Source: Acidobacteriota bacterium (GTDB taxonomy: Bacteria; Acidobacteriota; UBA6911; RPQK01; JADFOI01). Taken from it: a stretch of 64,000 nucleotides of DNA. The position numbers were made by a program, and so were the translations under genes. Numbering within the stretch: the first letter of the stretch is position 1; every line of letters starts with the position of its first letter. Shown here piece after piece: positions 20,443 through 29,481 of this stretch. The notes below the pieces were generated by a model. That model was not told where the DNA came from and did no database searches. It worked only from the letters and a program-made list of their open reading frames with translations. The DNA is taken from positions 2,176,001 through 2,240,000 of the forward strand of contig OY760074.1 in the NCBI GenBank assembly GCA_963663035.1, read 5' to 3'.

Positions 20443-20448
20443 TATAAT
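20440..20448 (+). promoter_or_regulatory. extended -10 promoter TGcTATAAT of the amidase operon
   Basis: Perfect TGnTATAAT 12 nt before ATG 20461. Confidence 0.7.
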
Positions 20449-20460
20449 GACTCCAGCTGA

Positions 20461-22023
20461 ATGTTACCAAGACGCTTCACCAATCTCCTCCTAACATACT
20501 GGCTGACTTCCTGCTGTGTGTTCTGTTTCCTCTCTGCAGCCGCACTGTCTGAGGATCTTGAAGTCTGGATTGGAGAAAGTAAGCGTACGATCCACTCCCA
20601 GCAGCGGGAAAATCAGACATTATACCCACTCGAGGACTTCGCTGAGATTGTTGGTTTGGAGCTGCTCGAGATCGGAGACCTCTTGACGGTTGAAGGGCCG
20701 CGGGGGAAATTGCAGCTGGTGGATGGGCGCCCTCTGGTAAGCTTTGAGGCCGAATATATCCTTCTGTCGGCCCCGGCCTGGAAAAGAGACTCCAATGACT
20801 GGTATGTGAGTGAAGATTTCTTAACTTGGGCCTTACCCCTGGTGATCAACCGCAGGCTTGATAAGGTATCTGAGAAGCGGTATCGGTTGCAGGGACTGCC
20901 TGAAAACCAGGTCCAGGTAAGTGTGAACAACTTTCCGGATCACGTAAGAGTGGTTTTCCAATCCAGTCGAAATTCTCCGATTCGAGTTAGAGAATTCGAG
21001 ACCTACATCCAGATCGCATTCGACGAGTTACTGGTTCAGCCAGAGTTTCCTGCGATTTCCCCGGATCGGCGTCTGGTTTCTTCCGTGGACTTTGACTCCA
21101 GCAATGTCTACGGAACCTTCCACATCCACAAAGGGGATCTCTATTACAACTTTCGGGAGTTCACACTGACCGATCCAGACCGAAAGGTCATTGATGTCTA
21201 TGGCCAGCCCTCCATGTCGGATTGGCGTCCCGACACCCAACCCGCTTCTCCTGAGCGGCCAACCTTTGGTGCGTCGACACCTTTCCCGCAACCCAATATC
21301 GGAGGAGAGACTCCAGCGCCCTCACAGCAGACACTGCAAACACTCATCACAATCGATCCAGGTCATGGGGGTAAGGATTTCGGCGTGAATTCGCCACAGG
21401 GAATTGTGGAGAAAAGCGTGACCTTGAGGGTCGCCATGCGCATTGAAGACTTGCTCACAGAAATGGGGCATCGGGGCATCCTGACTCGCACTCGAGATGT
21501 GCAGTTGGCAGTTGAGCAGAGAGGATCAGTGGGAAATCATTATAGCTCTCAAGTCTACCTCAGCATTCACGTCGGGGGCTCGCCGTCTCCCGAGACACGA
21601 GGGCCTGTCGTCTACCTGCACAAGTACTTAGAGGACGAAGAACCACTGGTAATGGACACAAATCAGGAGGCGGCATCATTTTTCCCACGCAGACTGATGG
21701 CCCCGCTGAGGCTGCCGGTTGAGAACAAGGATGAGCTCGTTTCCTGGGACGAGGGCCAAGAGCAGTATCTTGGCATAAGCCGGGAACTGGCCGAGCTACT
21801 TCAGGGGGAGCTCAACTTGCTCTGGGGAGTCGAGAACAGAGTGGCCGAAATTCCTTTGGCCGTTTTGGCACCTGTCACAGCACCAGCGGTGCTGATCGAG
21901 ATGGGCTTTCTGACCAACGCAGCGGACCACGACAAACTCAGCTCAAGGGAGTTTCAGGAGCAGATCGCCCAAGCCATAACCTCTGCAGTACTCGCGTTCC
22001 TGGCAAAGAACCCGGCTGAGTAA
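20461..22023 (+). CDS. N-acetylmuramoyl-L-alanine amidase (Amidase_3) with N-terminal accessory domains
   Basis: Signal peptide; IDPGHGG, VEK, LTR, SIH, PAVLIEMGFLTN. Confidence 0.9.
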   Translation: MLPRRFTNLLLTYWLTSCCVFCFLSAAALSEDLEVWIGESKRTIHSQQRENQTLYPLEDFAEIVGLELLEIGDLLTVEGPRGKLQLVDGRPLVSFEAEYILLSAPAWKRDSNDWYVSEDFLTWALPLVINRRLDKVSEKRYRLQGLPENQVQVSVNNFPDHVRVVFQSSRNSPIRVREFETYIQIAFDELLVQPEFPAISPDRRLVSSVDFDSSNVYGTFHIHKGDLYYNFREFTLTDPDRKVIDVYGQPSMSDWRPDTQPASPERPTFGASTPFPQPNIGGETPAPSQQTLQTLITIDPGHGGKDFGVNSPQGIVEKSVTLRVAMRIEDLLTEMGHRGILTRTRDVQLAVEQRGSVGNHYSSQVYLSIHVGGSPSPETRGPVVYLHKYLEDEEPLVMDTNQEAASFFPRRLMAPLRLPVENKDELVSWDEGQEQYLGISRELAELLQGELNLLWGVENRVAEIPLAVLAPVTAPAVLIEMGFLTNAADHDKLSSREFQEQIAQAITSAVLAFLAKNPAE

Positions 22024-22041
22024 TCGCAGAATTGGAGTAAC

Positions 22042-22677
22042 GTGAAGATGAAAAGGCAACGGTCCATCCTCAGCTCTGGGATGGACTCGCTGAGAAAAGA
22101 ACATCAGACCATACTCATAGCATTGGGACTGGTCTTTCTGGTCATCATCATCGCTTACTCTTTCTATGCTGTAGAGCGCCAGCATCAGGAGGCTTTGAGA
22201 GAAGCGGAGGAGAACAGGCTCGATGTCGAAGCAAGCGCTCTAGAGGCACAAAGCTCGGGCCAGCTTTCGGTTCAGCTGTACTTTTATCAGCCTGGCGTCA
22301 TGGCACCCTATCCCGATCTGCTGATCTCTGAAAAACGATCAATATTTCTGACGGAAGACATCATCCTTAACGCCCGTCAAATTGTTCATGAGGTCATCAA
22401 AGGCCCCACTGTGCTTGAGGGTCTTCAGATCTTCTCCGAAGCAGCCAAACTGCGACAGGTTTATTTACTGGAAGACGGAACCGCTCTTGTAGATCTCTCC
22501 CAAGAGGTCATCTACCCACTGATAGGCGGTGTAGCAGCTGAGCTTTCGGCACTTTACTCGATTACTCGTTCGCTCACCGAAAACCTAGAGGAAATCAAAC
22601 GGATCAGGTTTTTGATCGAGGGTCAGGAACGAGCCACTCTTGCGGGACACGTTTCCATCCGCGAACCCTTTATGTAG
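22042..22677 (+). CDS. GerMN domain membrane-anchored protein
   Basis: N-terminal TM; [30 protein letters not shown]; amidase-GerMN-rph synteny. Confidence 0.82.
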   Translation: MKMKRQRSILSSGMDSLRKEHQTILIALGLVFLVIIIAYSFYAVERQHQEALREAEENRLDVEASALEAQSSGQLSVQLYFYQPGVMAPYPDLLISEKRSIFLTEDIILNARQIVHEVIKGPTVLEGLQIFSEAAKLRQVYLLEDGTALVDLSQEVIYPLIGGVAAELSALYSITRSLTENLEEIKRIRFLIEGQERATLAGHVSIREPFM

Positions 22678-22688
22678 AATATTGCAAA

Positions 22689-23489
22689 ATGCCCCCCGAA
22701 AGAGAAGACAACCGCCAGCCCAATCAACTGAGAACTGTAAAGATAACACCGAGCTGCAGTAAGCACGCTGAAGGTTCGGCACTCATTGAGTTTGGGGATA
22801 CCCGTGTGATTTGTACCGCCAGCGTTGAAGAGAAGGTCCCTTCCTTCTTGCGTGGTACTGGAAAGGGCTGGATTACTGCGGAATATGGCATGCTCCCGCG
22901 TTCGACAGGAACAAGAATGACAAGGGAGTCCACCAAAGGGAAGCCATCCGGCCGAACCCAGGAAATTCAAAGACTGATCGGACGATCACTTCGTTCCGTT
23001 GTCGACATGCAAGCCCTAAAGGACCGGACAATCTGGTTGGATTGTGATGTGCTTCAAGCGGACGGGGGTACCCGCACGGCTTCTATCACCGGTGCCTTTG
23101 TCGCAATGGCCATGGCGATAGCTAGACTCCAGAAGGCAGGAATGCTGGATCAGCCCCCTCTTTTGGATTATGTCGGAGCTGTTAGCGTTGGTATTCTCGC
23201 CGGAGAACCCTATCTTGATCTCGCTTACCTAGAAGATGTGGCTGCCGAAGTGGACATGAACGTGGTGATGACCGGACAGGGTTTCTATGTTGAAGTTCAG
23301 GGAACAGCTGAGGAAGAGCCATTTTCACAACTACAGTTAGAAGCGCTGCTGGACTTTGCAAAGGAAGGCATCAAAGAACTGATCACGCACCAGCGCCTTG
23401 TCCTCGAGGAACAAGTCGAAAACTTAACAGATCTGTTTCACCGTGAATCCGACCCAAAGATTGCGATTTCTTCTGGCGACCTACAATAA
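22689..23489 (+). CDS. rph: ribonuclease PH
   Basis: [48 protein letters not shown]. Confidence 0.97.
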   Translation: MPPEREDNRQPNQLRTVKITPSCSKHAEGSALIEFGDTRVICTASVEEKVPSFLRGTGKGWITAEYGMLPRSTGTRMTRESTKGKPSGRTQEIQRLIGRSLRSVVDMQALKDRTIWLDCDVLQADGGTRTASITGAFVAMAMAIARLQKAGMLDQPPLLDYVGAVSVGILAGEPYLDLAYLEDVAAEVDMNVVMTGQGFYVEVQGTAEEEPFSQLQLEALLDFAKEGIKELITHQRLVLEEQVENLTDLFHRESDPKIAISSGDLQ

Positions 23490-24051
23490 GGGAAAAGTCC
23501 GGGAGATCCGTTCGGCCCTCTCGAAATTCAACATCGAGTTCGACTCTCTGCCTGAACAAGGTCATTTTTCCCAGGCTCTTGAGGTGGGTTCAACTTTCGC
23601 TGAGAACGCGCGCCTCAAGGCTGAGCACTACTACCAATTGAGCGGAAGCCCCACGCTGGCTGAAGACTCGGGGCTCCTGGTGGAGGCTCTCGACGGCAAA
23701 CCGGGAGTGCATTCAGCTCGCTTTGCTCCCACCGACAAAGAGCGGGTAGAGAAGCTCTTGCAAATGTTGGACTCCATTTCCAGTCCCTTCTCCAGAGGTG
23801 CCCGTTTTGTGTCCGCCATCTGCCTCCTTCTGCCCGATCACCTGATTGAAGTGACGGGAGAGGTTCAAGGAGAGTTGACCAGGGAACCAAGAGGTACCCA
23901 TGGTTTCGGTTATGACCCGATTTTTTACTACCCTCCACTGGAAAAAACCTTTGCCCAGCTAACCACCGAAGGAAAGAACAGAGTCTCGCATCGAGCTCGT
24001 GCTCTGGAGAAGCTAAGTGTCTCGCTCCATAAATACGGTGGTGTTTGCTGA
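23443..24051 (+). CDS. rdgB: non-canonical purine NTP pyrophosphatase (RdgB/HAM1)
   Basis: [44 protein letters not shown]; last 11 aa derive from an inserted element. Confidence 0.94.
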   Translation: MNPTQRLRFLLATYNKGKVREIRSALSKFNIEFDSLPEQGHFSQALEVGSTFAENARLKAEHYYQLSGSPTLAEDSGLLVEALDGKPGVHSARFAPTDKERVEKLLQMLDSISSPFSRGARFVSAICLLLPDHLIEVTGEVQGELTREPRGTHGFGYDPIFYYPPLEKTFAQLTTEGKNRVSHRARALEKLSVSLHKYGGVC

Positions 24052-24291
24052 TGGGGCCTTGCGAGGGGAGATCAAGGAACGAGGAGGAGGAGATGTAGAG
24101 ACATCGGCGACGACGAGTGACACAGAGATCGCCCGCAACCCCCATTAGCCCGATGGGTGGCGGCGGGACAGCGTCGATTTCTTTGTCGCTCCTCCTCCCC
24201 GATGCACATTGACATCGCGTCGTCGTCGCTTCGTGAACTCAACGCCGTCGCGCTCGCCACAAACGTCATCGTATTTATGGAACGAGACACT
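24016..24291. mobile_element. 276-bp MITE-like element with 32-bp terminal inverted repeats
   Basis: AGTGTCTCGCTCCATAAATACGGTGGTGTTTG / CAAACGTCATCGTATTTATGGAACGAGACACT (28/32 complementary); non-coding interior. Confidence 0.75.
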
Positions 24292-24325
24292 CAGATCAGG
24301 TTGGAGCTTGAGGACTGGTAAGTTG

Positions 24326-24575
24326 AGCCCGCATTTCTCACACCAGGTCGTCGCGGAGCGGCGGAAGGGCCGGAAAACAGAGCCGTGGGCTTTAGCCCAC
24401 GGGGCCCGCAGGCTAAAGCCTGCGGCTCCGACTGGCGCGTGACCCGCAAGCGCCATCATATCTATGAAGCGAGGCACTAAGGAGGCCGAGGGGTACCCGC
24501 ATGTGCGGGTCGCGCAACGCAGTCAGGTCGGATCATTGCGCCGATGTAGTAGAGCGGGTGTGAGAAGTGCGGGCT
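24326..24575. mobile_element. 250-bp MITE-like element (copy D) with 19-bp TIRs, containing a REP-like doublet
   Basis: AGCCCGCATTTCTCACACC / GGTGTGAGAAGTGCGGGCT (18/19); shares GAGGGGTACCCGC..GCGGGTCGC.CAACGCAGTCAG core with copies A-C. Confidence 0.72.
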
Positions 24576-26626
24576 AAGACCCGTTCCAGCCCTTCTACCG
24601 TAGTGGTGGGTTCCTGGCAGGCGTAGTTCCTGCAAACGTAAACAGTTGCTCGATCTTCGATGGCAGTCTTGCCTTCTAACAGTGGGATCTTCTGGCCGAG
24701 CTCTGCATCAGACCTTTCCATAAAGGCTAGCACCTTGTGGGGTAGAAACCTCACCCTCACTGGTTCAAGCAGGACCTCCCGCTCAGATTGCTCACCCACA
24801 ACGGCAATTTCCTGAGCCGGACCCAACAAAAAATCCAAAGCTTGCAGCCAGTATCCAAAGGCTGAGGGAGCTTGAGAAAGTCCTCCCGAAATCTGGCCCA
24901 GCATTCGTTGGGCTCTCTCCCCATACTCCGTCTTCCCCAGCAAAACTGCTAAACGGAGGAGATTCAGACAGGTCACCGCGTTCCCAGAGGGGGTGGCGTT
25001 GTCCAGGTGTTCTTTTTGCCGAACCAAGAGGGTCTCATGATCAGAGGAGGTAAAATAAAAATCACCTCTCTCATCATCCTGAAAGAGCTCAACTTGTCTC
25101 TCCATAAGACGAGCAGCATGCTCTAGCCAACGAATCTGCCCGGTCAACTGGTAAGTCGCCAGCCATCCTTCAATCACCAGGGCATAGTCTTCCATATACC
25201 CGTTGAGATGTGCTTTTCCATTCCTCCAACAGCGAAGCATCCGTCCCTCTCTCATCATTTCTGAGGCCAGAAACTCTGCGTTTCTCAGAGCGATTTCCAG
25301 GAACTTACGATTGTTCAAAACAAAGGCTGCCTCTGCAAAAGTGGTGAGCATCATCCCATTCCAGGCACTCAGCACTTTGTCATCCAGTCTCGGTTTGACC
25401 CGCTCTCCGCGCACCTTGAGAAGCTTTCGGCGAGCCTCGAGCAAAAGGCGATTCACGTCCTCGACAGACCTGCCCAGAGACTTGCTCAAGCCACCGAGAT
25501 CCAGGCGGTGGTGCAAAATGTTTTTCCCTTCGAAGTTCCCAGAGCCAGTCACATCAAAGTAGTCGTTGAAGAGTTTGGCATCTTCCCTGCCCAAGACTGC
25601 TTTCACCTGGGCAGGAGTCCAGAAATAAAACTTTCCTTCTTCCCCCTCACTGTCAGCGTCCTGGGATGAGTAAAAACCCCCGCCGGGATCTATCAGCTCG
25701 CGCTCGACGTATCCCAGAGTCTCCTCCACAATTTCACGGTAATAAGAATCGCCGGTGACCTGATAAGCCTCCAGGTAGAGTCGCGCCAGCAGAGCATTGT
25801 CGTATAGCATCTTTTCGAAATGAGGGACCAACCAACGCTCGTCCACAGCGTAGCGGTGAAAGCCCCCGCCTAACTGATCGTAGATTCCACCGCGAGCCAT
25901 CTCGTCAAGGCTGAGCTTGACCATCTCAAGGGCGGCCCCACTGCCCGTACGCTGGTGGTATCGAAGCAAATAGCCCAGAACCATAGCGCTGGGGAACTTG
26001 GGAGCGCCTCCAAAGCCACCGTACTCCCTGTCGAATTGAGGGAGTACCCTGGTGTACGCATCTTCCAGCAGTCCTTCCTCCAGTTGCCCGTCACTGGTTT
26101 CCCACTGCGACACTTGCTTCAATCTTTGAACGATCTCCTCCCGGTTCTTGTCCAGTTCCCCACGACGAGTTCGGTAGGTTTCAGCGAGGCCTCTCAACAC
26201 CCGCTTAAATCCGGGACGCCCATAAGAGTCCTCTGGAGGGAAATATGTACCCCCGAAGAAAGGCACCTGGTCGGGGCTGAGAAAGACGGTCAAGGGCCAT
26301 CCCCCGCTTCCAGTGGTCATCTGGACAAAGTTCATGTAGATGGCATCCAAATCGGGGCGTTCTTCCCGATCCACCTTAATGTTGATGAAGTTTTCATTCA
26401 TGAGCACGGCAATTTCTTCATCCTCAAAGGACTGATCCTCCATGACGTGGCACCAGTGGCAGGCCGAATATCCAATGCTCAGTAGAATGGGTTTGTCTTG
26501 TTCCCGTGCCGCGCTGAGAGCTTCTTCGCCCCAGGCATACCACTCAACCGGGTTGTGGGCATGCTGAAGAAGATAAGGACTGCTCTCATGGATCAGACGG
26601 TTGGCACGCTTTTCCGCTGGGGGCAT
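24533..26626 (-). CDS. thioredoxin-domain / six-hairpin glycosidase-like protein (YyaL/SPATA20 family)
   Basis: [57 protein letters not shown]. Confidence 0.93.
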   Translation of the reverse strand: MPPAEKRANRLIHESSPYLLQHAHNPVEWYAWGEEALSAAREQDKPILLSIGYSACHWCHVMEDQSFEDEEIAVLMNENFINIKVDREERPDLDAIYMNFVQMTTGSGGWPLTVFLSPDQVPFFGGTYFPPEDSYGRPGFKRVLRGLAETYRTRRGELDKNREEIVQRLKQVSQWETSDGQLEEGLLEDAYTRVLPQFDREYGGFGGAPKFPSAMVLGYLLRYHQRTGSGAALEMVKLSLDEMARGGIYDQLGGGFHRYAVDERWLVPHFEKMLYDNALLARLYLEAYQVTGDSYYREIVEETLGYVERELIDPGGGFYSSQDADSEGEEGKFYFWTPAQVKAVLGREDAKLFNDYFDVTGSGNFEGKNILHHRLDLGGLSKSLGRSVEDVNRLLLEARRKLLKVRGERVKPRLDDKVLSAWNGMMLTTFAEAAFVLNNRKFLEIALRNAEFLASEMMREGRMLRCWRNGKAHLNGYMEDYALVIEGWLATYQLTGQIRWLEHAARLMERQVELFQDDERGDFYFTSSDHETLLVRQKEHLDNATPSGNAVTCLNLLRLAVLLGKTEYGERAQRMLGQISGGLSQAPSAFGYWLQALDFLLGPAQEIAVVGEQSEREVLLEPVRVRFLPHKVLAFMERSDAELGQKIPLLEGKTAIEDRATVYVCRNYACQEPTTTVEGLERVLARTSHTRSTTSAQ

Positions 26627-26703
26627 AACTTACAGGACTGTATCACAGGAGTTAGGAGCAGGAATCAACGGTCAGCTGTCAGTTGTCAGTGGCCGCCGTT
26701 TCC

Positions 26704-27582
26704 CTACTGGCTGCTCTTGAGGAGAAACTGGATACCTTCGACGGTAAAGGAAATTCCCTCTGCACCCACCTCAAATGGTCCTTCCTCGTGGAAGACAACA
26801 TCCGGTGAAAGGGTGATGGTGCCGTCCGCTCCTCGGACAATCATGTCCCCAGCTATTGTTTCGACTGTTACGGTTTTGACTTTTAACACGATCGGACCAG
26901 GAATTTGCTCACTTAACACAAGAAAGCTCACCGATTCCTCGGAATGGTAGATCTCTGCCTCCGGGACTTCTGAGTCTTCCAGGACCAGCAGGTACTCGTG
27001 GGTTTCGACAAAGCTTTCCTGGGTGCTCTCCCCGCCAATTCCGGCGGCAATCTCCACAAACAGGAGGTCAGAGTTCCCCCCAACGTAAATGATGACAGCA
27101 ATCACCATGACAGCGGCTACAGCCAGGCGTCGCCAGGGAAAGTGGAGAGACTGTGCCTGCCGGCCCCAAAAGGCCAAGACAAGAGGAATCAGTAACAGGA
27201 GCAGATCCTGCCAAAAGGCCTCCCCTGGGGTACGCTCAATCAGGCTGCCAAAACAACCGCAGGCAGCATCCTCATCCCGCAGTCCATTCAGGACGAGCCA
27301 GTAATTGCGGCCGGTGAGAAAGAGGAAAAAGCTCACCAGGAGAGTGGTGGGAAACAGGACCCAAAGTCTACGGACCCCCAAAATCAGGACAACTCCCAGT
27401 CCCACCTCCAGAGCCAGAGCAATCAGTGTGACGGTTCGAACCGAAAAGAGAAAATCCAGCTCCTCCATCCGGATCTGCTCAGCAAACGCTCCGGGTTCCA
27501 CCGCCTTGGCCACAGCAGCCACCAAGAGAACCAAGCCCAGAAATCCTGCCCCAACAGACCCTAGAATCGATTTCCATTTCAT
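26704..27582 (-). CDS. MauE/DoxX-family membrane protein with extra C-terminal soluble domain
   Basis: About 5 TM segments, LEVGLG, CGCFG motif; ATG 27582 preferred. Confidence 0.75.
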   Translation of the reverse strand: MKWKSILGSVGAGFLGLVLLVAAVAKAVEPGAFAEQIRMEELDFLFSVRTVTLIALALEVGLGVVLILGVRRLWVLFPTTLLVSFFLFLTGRNYWLVLNGLRDEDAACGCFGSLIERTPGEAFWQDLLLLLIPLVLAFWGRQAQSLHFPWRRLAVAAVMVIAVIIYVGGNSDLLFVEIAAGIGGESTQESFVETHEYLLVLEDSEVPEAEIYHSEESVSFLVLSEQIPGPIVLKVKTVTVETIAGDMIVRGADGTITLSPDVVFHEEGPFEVGAEGISFTVEGIQFLLKSSQ

Positions 27583-27644
27583 GGATGGTATGCATGGTAC
27601 TGACTTCAAGATACGGACTGCAAGAGTAAACTTGCTCCGCTCGT

Positions 27645-27714
27645 TGTCAGCTGTCAGCTGTCAGTTGTCAGTTGTCAGTTGTCAGTTGTCAGTTGTCAGT
27701 TGTCAGTTGTCAGT
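27645..27714. repeat. 10 x TGTCAG(C/T) tandem heptamer
   Basis: Directly visible in the divergent intergenic region. Confidence 0.95.
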
Positions 27715-27933
27715 TGTTAAATGATCGCTCTGGACAAGAAAACGGTACCTTCACAGGCAATAAACTGCTACTATTGCATACGGAAGCAGTGTGTGAACCT
27801 CTTGAATCAGTCATTGGTCGACACACCATATTGGGGAAAACTACCAAACGCGGTTTACAAAGAACGTCCTTCTAAGTGTATAATCCAGATTCGGTGTTAC
27901 TTTTAAGCTCATTCTCTGAGAGGAGACAAGAAA

Positions 27934-29142
27934 ATGCCTGTACCAAGATTACCCCTGCTACTCGCTAGTCTGGTGTTTTTGTTAACGGCTGGAGGCTGTT
28001 CAAATAAGCCTCCTATACTCAATTGCGTCGTGGACCAGAGTTCCCTGATCGAAGGAGAGTCGACCACGATACAGTCAAATGCGACAGATCCTGATAGAAA
28101 CGACCAACTGACCTTCGCCTGGGCCGCGACTCAGGGGAGACTGGTAGCTCAAAATGGATCGGCTGTTTTCGATTCGACTTCACTAACCCAAGGAACCTAC
28201 ACAGTGAGCCTTGAGGTAACTGACGAGAAGCAGCACTCGGCCACATGTGAAGTCGATGTGAGTGTTGGGAAAAATACAATGGCCCCCACCATAGCCTGTG
28301 AGCCCTCTAATATCATCGTCACTGAAGGCCAGTCCAGGCTCATACAGGCCCGTGCCTCCGATCCTAATAATGACACCCTCCTTTATGTCTGGACGGTGGA
28401 TGGCCGGGCGGTAACCAACAACCAGTCAAGCTTTGACTTTGGAACAGTGAACCGCCCAGTTGGACCTCACACAGTCAACGTTACGGTGTCGGATTCGGAC
28501 GGAATGTCTGCCAATTGCGACTTCAACGTTACCATTGATCCCAGGCCCAATACGGGTCCGAGTGTGTCGTTAACCCTTGACAAGACTGACGCTTATGCAG
28601 GAGACACTGTAAACGCAGCCGCGCAAGCCAGTGATCCGGAAGGTGATCCATTGACCTACACCTGGACTGTGGACGGTCAGCGTCGTGCCGGTACTTCCTC
28701 TCGGCTGCAGATCAGTACCGATGGACTTTCTGGAGGCAGGCACACTGTTGCCGTTGCAGTTGAGGATGATCGCGGTGCCAGCTCCAGCGCCACCCAATCG
28801 TTCGCGGTGAGCGAAAAGATTGTCATGCAGATCGAAGCGGTTCGCCCCGATAACCAGGCCAAAGCCCAGTTGGATGAAATTGCCCTCAAGATGCGGCAGA
28901 ATCAGCAACTGAGGGCTACACTGACCGGGCACACAGACGATCAAGGAAGCGAAGAAGTCAATGAACGGGCCGGACTGCGCCGGGCAGAAGGAGTGCAGGC
29001 TTATCTGGTGAATGAGCAAAACATCGCCGCAAGCCGGATTGAAACCCAAAGTGCCGGCGAGAGCCAACCCATTTCTGATAACCAGACCCCCCAGGGCCGA
29101 AGGGATAACCGCCGAGTCGAAATCGAGCTGTTCGTTCCTTAG
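27934..29142 (+). CDS. lipoprotein with three Ig/PKD/cadherin-like repeats and C-terminal OmpA domain
   Basis: Lipobox-like AGGC; repeats DPDRNDQLTFAW, DPNNDTLLYVW, DPEGDPLTYTW; GHTD..N..RRAE..GE..P..NRRVEI; AGGAG SD. Confidence 0.88.
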   Translation: MPVPRLPLLLASLVFLLTAGGCSNKPPILNCVVDQSSLIEGESTTIQSNATDPDRNDQLTFAWAATQGRLVAQNGSAVFDSTSLTQGTYTVSLEVTDEKQHSATCEVDVSVGKNTMAPTIACEPSNIIVTEGQSRLIQARASDPNNDTLLYVWTVDGRAVTNNQSSFDFGTVNRPVGPHTVNVTVSDSDGMSANCDFNVTIDPRPNTGPSVSLTLDKTDAYAGDTVNAAAQASDPEGDPLTYTWTVDGQRRAGTSSRLQISTDGLSGGRHTVAVAVEDDRGASSSATQSFAVSEKIVMQIEAVRPDNQAKAQLDEIALKMRQNQQLRATLTGHTDDQGSEEVNERAGLRRAEGVQAYLVNEQNIAASRIETQSAGESQPISDNQTPQGRRDNRRVEIELFVP

Positions 29143-29151
29143 ACTGCAAGA

Positions 29152-29236
29152 AAGGGGGAAATGTGGGGACAGACTACCCGTTTACCTCATTTCTAAAATG
29201 AGGTAAACGGGTAGTCTGTCCCCACATTTCCCCCTT
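29152..29236. repeat. perfect 41-bp inverted repeat (3-nt loop) after the OmpA gene
   Basis: AAGGGGGAAATGTGGGGACAGACTACCCGTTTACCTCATTT-cta-reverse complement. Confidence 0.93.
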
Positions 29237-29283
29237 GTCCCCACATATCCTTCTCACTGGGCTGCCCCCACACTTCCCTTCCC

Positions 29284-29432
29284 AGCCGGTAGTATGCATA
29301 AGTTTTCGTGACGAAGTGCCGCTGGCGCCGCGATGACAAGGCGTGCGAGGGGTACCCGCTTGCGGGTCGCATAACGCAGTCAGCGTGGATGATTGCGGCA
29401 CTGCAGTAGAAAATTTATGCATACTCCCGGCT
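29284..29432. mobile_element. MITE-like dispersed element, copy A
   Basis: 24-bp TIRs (22/24) AGCCGGTAGTATGCATAAGTTTTC; homologous to 58821-59030 and 60403-60570. Confidence 0.85.
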
Positions 29433-29481
29433 AACTCCTGCGCAAGACTCGTACTGTTGGTGTAGTATTAGGTTCACCTAC

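Noticed and set aside
24072-24477. Small ORFs in the rdgB-YyaL gap as transposase or toxin
   Set aside because: No recognisable motifs; composed of repeat modules
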